From Chiloscyllium plagiosum (Eukaryota): 64,000 nucleotides of DNA. The notes beneath the pieces are model-generated. The model was not told the DNA's origin. It searched no databases and saw nothing but the letters and a program-made list of their open reading frames with translations. The position numbers were made by a program, and so were the translations under genes. Location of the stretch: NCBI RefSeq assembly GCF_004010195.1, contig NC_057756.1, positions 4,309,603 to 4,373,602 on the forward strand, read 5' to 3'. Shown here piece after piece: positions 38,831 through 49,820 of this stretch (position 1 is the first letter of the stretch; the number at the start of each line of letters is the position of its first letter).

Positions 38831-40974
38831 GTATCTTCATTTACACGTCATTGTTTTACAGTCTTTTGCATTTCATACTGAAGTGAAATATCCAATATAT
38901 GATGCAAAGCTCCAAAGAAGTGTAGTAACCTTGCGCAGGAAAAATAAAAATCTAATATTAATTCAGACTTCGTTAAGAGCCTACAATATTTTCAATTGAT
39001 TACGTTCAATTCTTTTATTTGAGTTCGGAGCTCAATTTTGACAAACTACAGGTTTTTGGTGATAGGGTCCACGTGATATTAAACGCAACGTTGTTTTCTG
39101 TAGCTGGAAAGATTATTTACTTATTTTGGAAGATAATTTATGAATTTTGCAACGTTAACCCTTGGGATTACAAAGGTGAAGTTCACGAAGCCCTTCTGAA
39201 AATTAGCGTTGCTCTGTTATTAGCAAGAAATGACTAGTGGTGGTTGAAAGCAAGGATCAGCACACCTCAGGCGAGGGGAGATTTCGATAAGGATCACGTT
39301 AATTGCAGCCAGTGTAGTAATCCAGTCAACATAATTGGGCACAGTTTGTGTCACAAGCTAGCCATGCAACAAACTGATTTAAGATGAGCCCTAGGAATAT
39401 AGCATCTGAGAACTATTCTCATAAGAAAACACGGATGGAGCATACACGATGATATATTTACATCGTAAATGCAACACTATTACCTTCATCCTATCCACCT
39501 CCAATTCTCCCCACCACGCACACACACATATACACACACACAAACACCATGCATGCACACGCGAGCCATCCATTGTTTCACCAGGAAAAGCTGCTTAGGT
39601 ATCTAGATTATGAGGTTGAATATTTTTCTGAACTGATTCTGAATTAGAATAGTCTTATGCACTTACATATTGTACATACAGATTATGTATTTTATTTGAC
39701 TGGGATCGACGCGGGAATTTGGAACACTAAGGCAATCAAAATAGTCCCTTAGCATGTGAGGAAGCCGGTTTGTCGAATACCTCAAGCATAATCTTATTTA
39801 AATCGGATGTGTCGGATTATGGTCCAATAGGTTTATTTGAAATCATAATCTGTTGCAGCATTGATCCTTCATCAGGTCACTGCACGAAATTTGAGTTCTG
39901 ATTCGTTCTGCTCCATGTAACTGTCTTAACGTTTTCATCAAATTCTGTTTATAATCTATTTGTAACCAATAATAGGCGAGTCCTGATTCAAATATCGTTC
40001 ATCGAAATGCCAAGGACATATTCTCATGAACAAACTTTGTTCTTCTTATTCAATGTCCCATGTCGTTATAGTACGTCCTTGATGAGGCCTGCGCCATTTC
40101 CAAGTACGATATACTCTACTCTATCTCTTGGAAGTGATGTTCCCCCCTGTCAAATTTTATAAGCTATTTTTCAGCAAGGAATACAGGTTATCTACCGAGA
40201 TACCAGGATGTCTGACAGCCCGAATCTGACATAGATCAGTCACAGCTGATTATTAGGTCAATTTATGATGGCGATTTTTTTTATTAGTATGTACGAGTGA
40301 TGCATGCAGATAATAGAGAAAGCAGGATGTCAAAATATTCCTTGATAACACTGCAGGCATGTTATGTCCTGTCCACACGAATGGCAATCCTTGTGACCAT
40401 TGGATTTGCATTGGCTTGATTCCTGATTACTTGGAGTTATCAATGGCCTTTTGGAGCGGGGGAAAAGAAATCTGCAATGCTACAAAATTGAATAATAGTC
40501 CTTTACTTCAGGAGAAAAAGAAAAACAGTTACATGATACAATCAGATGCATTTAGTCACCCTATATATAGTTTTATTTTGCTGGAAGGAACACTCTGGTC
40601 TTAAAATCAGTTCCATGACTTGCTAAAAATTGTGTTCACCAAAAGACTGAAAATACTTGGCTCTACTTGGAGAAACATGCACTTTTATTATTTTAATCGA
40701 TAAAACTGAAACAGAGCATTTTGGTTATTTTTCGTGATGTTGGTGTCTTTTTAATTCCATCAACTAATTTAATTACGTTATGAAAATCATTGCAAAAACT
40801 ACAATGACATGTGTTTAAAGTGATTTTACCAAACTTGAATCTCACAAATTATTTAACAAGCAGTTCAGCACAAAATAAGTTTGAGGTCTATATTAATGTA
40901 GACAGTTGTCCAATAAATATCGATTTAAATCTCACAAGGAGGGTCAAACCGTCGATTTTACCTTTTATTTTCTC

Positions 40975-42330
40975 ATAGGATGTGTGGCAGCACTGACGGG
41001 GCTTGCATGTTTGAACATAACAAGTAGCCTATGCCAGCGTGGTATGGAGATGCTGGACAGAACAATTATAATATTTTTGGTCGGAGGAGGAGAAACATGA
41101 ATAGCCAATACGGAGAGATTTCCAGGAATTTGAGCAAATAACACTCAAGGAGCACTGTTGTATTTGAAGGCAGAAGGAATATTGGCTTGGATTGTAACTG
41201 GCAGAATGTGATTTTTTTTTCATTGGTCTATTGTCTTTATTCTTTCAGATAGTAGTTGTCACGAGTCTGGAAGGTGTTGACTCAGAAGCATTGATAACCG
41301 CTGAACTGTATTTTTAGATGACATCCAGCGCTGCCGCCTAAAGCTGGTGTTGCAGGGAGTCAATGTTTGTGTATGTGGTGTCATTCAAGCGGGCTGCTTC
41401 GTTCTGGATTATGGCCAGTTTATTTGGTGCTGCACTCATTCAGGCAAGAGGAGCGCATTCCATTCGTCCCCTGACTCTGTCTTGTCGATTGTGGTCATTC
41501 CCTTGTTGATTTTGGATATTAGTTCATTGCTGCCAATGTCTTAGCTTCGGATCTTTCCTTGTAGCCACAATTTTCACACGGCCCGCCAATTTTTGCTTCT
41601 GATCAAGTTTTAAACCCAGCATGTTAATCTGATGGTTATGCCACTGTATGTTGAAACACAAAGATCAAACTCTTTTTTTTAGAGCCTGTTAATGACTTTT
41701 GCATGTGTGGCGTGAATGTTGCTTGCTACTTGTCACTTCAGGGTTAGATATTGTTCAGTCCTTCCTGCATTTAGATATCTCTGAAGTAGAAATCTACAGA
41801 TGAACATTATATAAATGTCTGCGAACATCGACCCTTCTGACATTCTGATGTGGGGAAGGTCATTAAGGAAACAGCGGAACACGATTATGGCTCTCCCACT
41901 CATTTGAGTAACTCAAAAATAAAGTTGAAAAATCAATCACAAACCTCTTCTTTTCCATCAGGTATGATTGTAACAAAACGTTTTTTTTAGTAGATACCAA
42001 TTGACTTCTATTTTTTTCTGGGATTCCATGATGTCATACTCAATCAATTTCAGTCTTGACTTCAAGGGCGGTCACTTTCGCCTCATACCTGGAATTGACT
42101 GACTTTATAAGGCTTGCAACATGGTTTTGATACAGTCAGCATTTCATTGGCCCTGGTTGAGCCCAAATGTGAAATCAAAAGTTGGTTTTAACTAAGAATT
42201 GACGTTCATGGTATTAATAATGATAGTTTGCACCTTTGGCTGATGATAGAAATGAGACTAATGGGGAAGAAGTTGGAGATTTTGATTTAACTTGACATCA
42301 AACTATGTGGCCATCTGTCATAATTTTCGG
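40975..42330 (-). mobile_element. Old LINE (CR1/L2-group) 3' part and RT region
   Basis: ggatgtgtggcagcactg...atttccaggaatttgag...tcaagcgggctgcttcgttctggat...gcactcattcaggcaag; recognised from memory as a common shark LINE. Confidence 0.6.
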
Positions 42331-42394
42331 TTTGATGCGAATCATCTGTGTGAAAGCAACTTGTCTAATGTGACTTGATTTGAATTACTATTGT

Positions 42395-42748
42395 CACATA
42401 TAGTACTATTTTCACATTCAGTGAAAAAAGCCCTATTTTGCATGCCTTTCAGGCAAACCATACTATACATAATTAAATCACGGTAGTAGACCAGAATGCA
42501 AAATATAGTATTACAACTGCAGAGAAGTTGCAGTGAAAGGAGAACTCGAATACATGCGAAATCAATAGATAAGCCAGAAAAAAAAACAGAAAATAAGCTG
42601 ATTTTGAACATTTTCTTATGTGCTTTCAAAGTTTTGCATCTTCTTCCCGACAAAAAAGGATGGTAGATAGTGTAATTGCGTTCAGAGGGACATTTGCTTA
42701 TGTTTGCTATTATTCCCAAGGTAACGGGATGTCTCGATGGAGTAAATG
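42395..42748 (-). mobile_element. Rex1/Babar-like LINE 3' end (left piece)
   Basis: HPFLSGRRCKTLKAHKKMFKISLF in ORF 42342-42782; homologous to 26420-26640. Confidence 0.75.
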
Positions 42749-44860
42749 AAATAAAGTTGAAAGCGTGTTGTTGGAAACGCACAGCAGGTCAAGCAGTATC
42801 TGATGAGCAGGAAAATCGACGTTTTGGGCCAGAACCCGTCATCTGGAATGCGACTGGGAGCCTTGGGGGTGGAGCCATAAACGGCAGGGGTGTGGGGCTG
42901 GGGAGAAGGTGCTTGAGAGTGCAATAGGTAGATGGAGGTGGGGTAAAGGTGATAGGTCGAAGAGGATGGTGGAGCAGATTGGTGGGAAGGACGATTGACA
43001 GGTGGGATGGGTCATGTGGGTAGTGGTGAGATGGCCGGTTAGAACTGGTGTAAGCTGTGGGGATGAGAAATGAGGAAACTGGTGAAGTCCACATTGATGC
43101 CCTGGAGTTGAATGATCCCGAGGTGGAAGATAAGGCTATCTTCCTCCTGCGTTGGGTGGTGAGGGAGTGGCGATGGAGGAGGCCCAGGACCTGCATGTCC
43201 TCGACAGAATGGGAGGGGAACTTTGAATATTCGGCCACGGGTGGTGGGGTTGATTGGTGCGGGTGTACCGCAGATGTTCCCTAACGTGCTCTGTGAGAAG
43301 GCATCCAGTCTCCCCAATGTAGAGGAGAGCGCATCGGGAGCAACAGATACAATAAATGTCATGCGTGGAAGTGCAGGTGAAATTTGGATGGACATGGAAG
43401 GCTCTTCTTGGGCGTTGGATAGAGGTAAGTGGGAGAAGCATGGGTACAGGTTTTGCAATTCCTACGGTGGCAAGGTATGGTGCTGGGTGGAGGGTGGCCA
43501 GTTATGAGGTGTGGGCTGGACCAGATAGATGCAGAGGGAACGGTATTTGCGGAAAGTGAATAGGGGTGGGGAATGAAATATATCCCTGGTGATGGGTCCA
43601 TTTATAGTTGTTGAAATGTCGGCTGGTGATGTGATAAATGCAGAGGTTGATGGGGTGGAATTTGAGGACGGGGTGTTCTGTCCTTGTTGCGTTTGGAAGG
43701 GTCAGGCTCGAGTGCTGAGGTGCAGGACGTGAATGTGATGCTTTGGAGGGCGTCTTCAAACACATGGTAGGAGAAATTTCGTTCTTTAAAGAAGGAGGCC
43801 ATCTGGTGAGTTCTGTGATGGATCTGGATCTTCTGTCAGCAGATGCGGTGGAGACAGAGGACTTGAGAGTACATGTATAGCATTTTTGCAGGAGGTAGGG
43901 AAGGAGGAGGTGTAATCCAGGTAGCCGTGGGAGTCAGTACGTTTGTACGGAATGTCAGTGTTGAGTTGGTCCTCATGGATGGAGATGAAAATGTCTAGGA
44001 AGGGCACGGTGCTGTCAGAGGTGGTCGAGGTGAATATAAGGTCGGGGTGGAATGTGTTGGCCAAGTTGATGAACTGTTTGACTTCCTCGTGGGAGCACGA
44101 GGTCGCGCCGATGCAGTCAGCAACGTAGTGGAGGAAAAGATGGGAAGTGGTACCGGTGTAACTCCAGAGTATTGACCATTCTACAGAGCCGACAAAGAGG
44201 CAGGCATAGCTGGGGCCCATGCGGACGCCCATGGCTACGCCTTTTGACTGGAGGAAGAAGGAGGATTGGAAGGAGAAATTGTTGAGGGTGAGGACTAGTT
44301 CAGCCAAACAAATAAGTGTGTCAGTGGAAGGGAACTGGTGGGGGCATCGACAGAGGAATATACGGAGGTTATTGGAGTCCCATTCATGGTGGATGGAGGT
44401 GCACAGGGAGGTTGAAAGTTGTGGAGGAGGTGGACAGCGTCGTGGTGTCCCAACTGTATGTGGGGACCTCCGGGTCCGGAGGGGTGATAGGACAGTATCG
44501 AGATAGGTGGAGATGAGTTCGGTGGGGCTGTAGCAGGCTAAGACAATAGGTCAGCTGAGGTAGTCAGGCTTGTGGAATCTGTGTAGGAGGTAGGATTGGG
44601 TGGTGTGGGGTTGCCAAACTATGAGGTTGGAAGCTGTGGATGGGAGATCCCCTGAGGTGATTAGTTATGTATGGTCTGTGAGATGATGGTTTAGTGAGGG
44701 ACGGTGAGGTCATGGTCGGCGGGGGTGTAAGAGGAGGTGCCTTTGAGTTGGTGCCTGTGTTTAGTGTTGTACTGGTCACTCCACCAAACTACCGCTGCAT
44801 CCCCTTTGTCCACTGGTTTGATGGTGAGGTTGGAATTGGAGCAGAGGAAGTGGAGGGCTT
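42749..44860 (-). mobile_element. Penelope-like element (RT, Cys-rich linker, GIY-YIG), decayed, inserted in Rex1
   Basis: RT LVLTLNNFSF..KGVAMG..GPSYACLF..YVAD(C)..PFLDI (43786-44307); CHRRNCKTC linker; YCICCSRCALLYIGETG..EH (43136-43441); degenerate hammerhead ~42813-42850. Confidence 0.93.
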
Positions 44861-45095
44861 TGGAAGTCTGATTTTCGTGATGGACTGGGCTGTGCTCACA
44901 ATCATCTGCCTCTTGGGCGGACAGTTGTCATACCGCATAGTGATGCATCCATATAGAATGCTACCTATGCAGCGTTTCTGAAAATTGGTAAGAGTATTAT
45001 GGACATGCTGAATCTGTTTAGCCTTATCACGATTTGAACGTGTTGGTGTGCTCTCTTGACTTTCATATCAATGTGTGTGGACCAGGCCAGATCAT
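44861..45095 (-). mobile_element. Rex1/Babar-like LINE (right piece)
   Basis: gtgatggactgggctgtgctcac...cagttgtcatacc...gtgatgcatcc...gtggaccagg continues the sequence broken at ~42748. Confidence 0.7.
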
Positions 45096-45099
45096 AACT

Positions 45100-46880
45100 T
45101 TCCAACCATAGACTTGGACTGGTATAGTATGAAAAACTATTATGGATAGGAATGTGTTAAGTCTGTAAAATATATTTTTTTAAATTCCATATGTGGATGT
45201 ACCTACTAGAGAAGGGACAAATCTTCAACACCTCATTGGAAATAAAACAGGGCAAGTGTCTGAGGTGCCAGAGGAGGAACACTTTGGGGTCAATAACAAT
45301 AACTAGATTGTTGTTTATATTGAAAAAGTGAAATGGTAAAGGATAAACCTGAATTAAAAGTTAAGGTTTAACTTTGCAGTCATGATTAATTTTAAAGCTA
45401 TTAAGCAGGAATGTTCAAGTATTGATTCAGAGAGGCTTATGCATAAGGCAATGAATGTAAAGTGGGAGGATTTCAAAAAAGATATAAGGCGAGTTCGGAG
45501 AAAGTGTTAATGTGAAGAATGAGACGAGGAGGTGTAGGGAATACTAAATGACTGGAGATATTGAGGCACTGGTCAGGAAAAACAAAACAGCATATATCTG
45601 GTTTAGAGAGATGGGACCGATTGAATAACCAAAATTCCATATGTGGATGTACCTACTAGAGAAGGGACAAATCTTCAACACCTCATTGGAAATAAAACAG
45701 GGCAAGTGTCTGAGGTGCCAGAGGAGGAACACTTTGGGGTCAATAACAATAACTAGATTGGTGTTTATATTGAAAAAGTGAAATGGTAAAGGATAAACCT
45801 GATTTAAAAGTTAAGGTTTAACTTTGCAGTCATGATTAATTTTAAAGCTATTAAGCAGCAATGTTCAAGTGTTGATTCAGAGAGGCTCTGGTGCATAAGG
45901 CGATGATTGTAAAGTGGGAGGATTTCAAAAAAGATATAAGGCGAGTTCGGAGAAAGTGTTAATGTGAAGAATGAGACGAGCAGGTGTAGGGAATGCTAAA
46001 TGACTGGAGATATTGAGGCACTGGTCACGAAAAACAAAACAGCATATATCTGGTGTAGAGAGATGGGACCGATTGAATAACAAGAGCAGTATAACGCCTG
46101 TAAGTATATACTATATCGGAAATCAGGAGAGCAGACTGCATGCAAGAGATTTTTTTGACAAATAATTGCCTAAGAAAAATCCAGACAGATTCTACAAATT
46201 CTTGAAGTGCAAAGGAGAAACTGGGGGGGAGAATACATCAACAAGTCCATCTGTGGGTTGAGATACAGGCGATGGGTGACATACAAAAGGGTACTTTGCG
46301 TCAATAATTAATGTGGAGTAGGGCATGGAAGCGAGAGAACTTGAGGTAACAAATAATATTTTCTTCAAAAGTGTCCGCATTAGAGACGAGGAGGGGCTGC
46401 ATCATGAAACGCACAAAAGCGAATAAATGCATGGGAAATTATCAGATGTATCTAAGAACTTATGGGAAGCAAGGGACGAGCTGTGCTCATTGATGAGCTG
46501 TGTGTAATGTCGAAAGATATGGTTGAGGTTCTGAAAGACTGGAGAGTTGGTTACGCATGCAAAAAAAGCCAGGCAACGATAAATTGGTGGAAATGTCGTC
46601 AGCGGTGCGTACATTATTCGCGGGGGTTCTGAGGGACCGGATATGCATGCAATTGAATAACTGTTTAGGGATATCCAAACAGCTTCCTTTTACGTGGTAA
46701 ATCGTGTCTTATTAATGGAACTGAGTGTTTTGAAGAAGTTACAAAAACATTTCATGAAGGAAGATGGGAAGACATTGTTTACATGGACTTCAGGAAGACA
46801 TTCAATGAAGATCTGCGTGGTAGATTGCCATGTCAGATAACATGGAATCCCAAGATTCATGTGTTTATTATATCCGAGCA
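45100..46880 (+). mobile_element. Old CR1 ORF2 fragment (endonuclease-to-RT region)
   Basis: YVDVPTREGTNL.. remnant; gaagactggagagttggt; VYMDFRKTFN near 46780. Confidence 0.8.
45182..46081. repeat. ~450-bp direct tandem duplication
   Basis: 45182-45629 is repeated at 45632-46081 with few substitutions. Confidence 0.95.
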
Positions 46881-46904
46881 TTTGATACAACGGAATGCCT
46901 TGTT

Positions 46905-47165
46905 ACGCCCTTTCAGAGGGCATTTTAGATTCCACTAAATGGCTGTAGTTCTGGAGCCAGATATAGCACAGACTAAGTAAGAATGGTTCTATCTTACCAT
47001 GAATGACTTTCATTAGACAACATGTTTACAACAATCTGCAATTGTTTCATGATCATCGTTGGGTTGTTAATTTTAGGTTACTTTTTGTATTCAAATTCCA
47101 CAAAATGCGATATTGAATCCCGAATATTGCCTTGTTATCTGGATTGCAAGTTTCACTCTATATAT
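46905..47165 (-). mobile_element. Decayed SINE of the second family
   Basis: Reverse-complement similarity to 30995-31270 (ctggagccagatatag; ttcaaattccac). Confidence 0.55.
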
Positions 47166-47576
47166 TAATTACGAAAGAATCATAAAATAAATCCACGATA
47201 ATAATTGCTTTCTTAATATGTGGATTACAGAAGACGTTTACTTGCACCATAGCTGTAGGACCGTACAACATGCTTGCGTTTGAAATATTATCATTATCTG
47301 AACCTACAATGTGCTTAAAGGAACTTGAAACCGGAACGAATGAAGAAAATTCTATGTAATAAGCTTGAAAATGATACGTTAAGAAGAGTGTGAAAAGCTA
47401 GTCAGTCTCGTCACCACTAACATATTCCTATTATGCTAAATAATCATTTTCTTCTTTGAATTTCTGCGTGGTTTGTGCTTGGGTGCATGTGCATGCATGA
47501 GGACATAAACACTGCAAGTCATTAAATATCACATATTAATGTACAGCTGATAATTTCACACACCTTTGCATTACAG

Positions 47577-47612
47577 AACTAGCTGCTTGTGAAAAATCTT
47601 TGGAAGATTTTG
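47577..47612 (+). CDS. Micro-exon type B (36 nt): ELAACEKSLEDF
   Basis: cacctttgcattacag|AACTAGCTGCTTGTGAAAAATCTTTGGAAGATTTTG|gtgaga. Confidence 0.9.
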
Positions 47613-47877
47613 GTGAGAGAAGTAACAAATATTTCAAAAGTCTTTCAATGAGATTTAGTCAATTGTTCTAACCTATGTTTAAACAAGAGTAAGACTGGAG
47701 GGCTTTCCGACGACAATGATTGAAAATTTGACTTCCATCCTATTTGATGAATTCTGCATTGATCATAGATCAAAACGCAGACAGCAAGGTGATCAACCCA
47801 ATTCCAAATGGCAGCATCTCTGAACGATCTAAAGTCATACTTCCTGGGTTTTTCTATATCAGTATGTCCACTTACAG

Positions 47878-48255
47878 TGTTAGAATCATAGAGATGTACA
47901 GCACGGAAATGTAATCTGTGGTTCAGTCGGCCATGCCGACATGACATCACAAATTAACTTAATCAAATTTCCCAGCATTTGGCCCATATATCTCTGAGCC
48001 CTTCCTAGTCTTCTGCCGATCCAGATGCCTGCTGAATTTTATAAATTTACCAACCTACATCACTTCCTCTGGCAGCTCATTCCACATCCGCCAACCGTCT
48101 GCGTGAAATGATTTCCAAATAGGTGTCCTACAAATACCTCCCCCTCACCTTAAATCTATGCCCTCCAGTTCAGAACTCCCCAACCCCAAAAGAAAATCCT
48201 TGACTATTTACCCTATACATGCCTCTCATGATTTTATAAACCTGTATAAGGTCTT
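47878..48255 (-). mobile_element. CR1 3' end
   Basis: tagaatcatagagatgtacagcacggaaa...atgattttataaacctgtataaggtc. Confidence 0.88.
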
Positions 48256-48464
48256 AAATTTATAAGTGATACTTCTACTAAAAACAGTGCATAATCATAT
48301 CTACAGTGTAATATAACATGAGGTGATAAGACAGAACAGAAACAAAACACCGTCACTATTTCAACTCTTCAGTGAGTTATTTCAAATTTGGATATCCTGT
48401 TATCATTTCTCATTTGAATTAAAACATTTAGTATTCGTTATTTCAACACAAATTACACAAGTTG

Positions 48465-48730
48465 AAACGTCATATTGTGGCTGCACAGGACATTGGGTTG
48501 GGTCACTTTTGGAGCGTTGTGTGCAATTCTAGTCTCCCTCCTATCAGTAGAATATTGTGAAATTTGAAAGGGTTAAGAAAAGATTTCCAAAAAGTGTTGT
48601 GAGGTTTGGAGGATGTGAGTAGCAGGGCGACGCAGAATAAGTTGGGACTGTTTTCGCTGGAGCATTAGAGGTTGAAGGGTGACCTTATAGAGGTTCACGA
48701 AATCATGGGATGTACAGATAAGGTAAGTAG
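48465..48730 (+). mobile_element. CR1 fragment
   Basis: ggacattggg..ttggagcgttgtgtgcaattct..gaggttgaagggtgaccttatagaggt. Confidence 0.85.
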
Positions 48731-48839
48731 ACAAAGTATGCTCCATGTCCAACATCCAGTGAATAATGCTTCCAATAAGAGAATTAATTTTTGCAATAAA
48801 ACGCTGTTGGCTCATATGTATAAATCTCGTTTATTGCAG

Positions 48840-48866
48840 AAAAAAAATTGAAAGCAAAAGAAAAAG
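48840..48866 (+). CDS. Micro-exon type A (27 nt): EKKLKAKEK
   Basis: tctcgtttattgcag|AAAAAAAATTGAAAGCAAAAGAAAAAG|gtaaat. Confidence 0.88.
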
Positions 48867-48990
48867 GTAAATCCTGATTCCCTAAATTGGAGTTGTTATC
48901 CTTTTCTTTGATGTTCCGGACATGTATTTGATTATATAGTTAAACATGAGGAAGCATCGTTATTTTAGGAATTATTGCAAACTTCAGTAT

Positions 48991-49180
48991 GTAAGGTTTG
49001 GAGATGCCGGTGCTGAGCTCGGGTGCACAAAGCTAAAAAAAAAAAATCACACAGTCAGGTGACAGTCCGATAGGTTTATTTGGAAGCACTAGCTTTCAGA
49101 GCACTTCTCCGAAACCACCTGATGAATGAGCAGCGCTCAGAAAGCTAGTGCTTCCAAATAGATCTGTTGGACTACAGAGT
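48991..49180. mobile_element. Palindromic mini-insert of the Penelope family seen at 250-1470
   Basis: tatttggaagcactagctttcagagc / gctcagaaagctagtgcttccaaata inverted arms; possible decayed TSD aaacttcagtat / aaacttgattat. Confidence 0.85.
49115..49150 (+). ncRNA. Minimal hammerhead-ribozyme-like motif
   Basis: cac-CTGATGA-a-TGAGC-agc-GCTCA-GAAA-GC-TA-gtg: intact core boxes, 5-bp stem II, 3-bp stem I, palindromic AGCT stem III. Confidence 0.65.
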
Positions 49181-49479
49181 AAACTTGATTATCAAAATAT
49201 TAATTATTCAAATATCTGATTGTCTGAAGGAGATCTCAATGTCCCGATAAAAACATTACTTAAACGACGGGTTTCCAACACTGATCGTGTTTTTTTTTGT
49301 TTACATTGATTAAAAGTGAATTCGGCTAACTGAAATGCTGTTGAGTACAGTTCTGGACTGATAGGAGCCCAGGCATCATTTCCAAATGATTGACCTGCCA
49401 TCTGTTCTCTTCCTCCCACCCACACACTTTCCCTGGAGTTGTTCACAAAGGTGTACCTTAAACCCCTCTTCCCCAGATA

Positions 49480-49820
49480 ATGTTGGGGGACGGGCAGGGA
49501 GTGCACAGGGTGGTCTTGGGTGCAGGAAGGGAGCGGCGGTGGGGACAGGCGGGGGAGACATTTTGGACGGGGATGAAGTGAGTGGGAGGACGTGTTGGAC
49601 GGGGTTGGGGATGGGTGAGGGGCTGTATTGAGGGCAGACGGTGACAAGGGTGTGATAGACAGGTTTGAGCGTGGGCTAGGACTTGCCGGCAGTGTTGGAC
49701 GCGGTTGGGGTGGGTGGGGCGCGAAGGGGCGGTGTTGAACGGGGTGGGACGGGTTTGGAGGTGTTGGAGGGTGTTGGATGGGTTTGGGGATCGGGCGGGG
49801 GTGGGGGGGGCTTGCGCGTG
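49480..49820 (+). repeat. G-rich degenerate minisatellite / G-quadruplex-prone tract
   Basis: Recurrent gtgttgga(c)ggggttgggg-like units, many GGG runs and CpGs in an AT-rich background. Confidence 0.75.
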
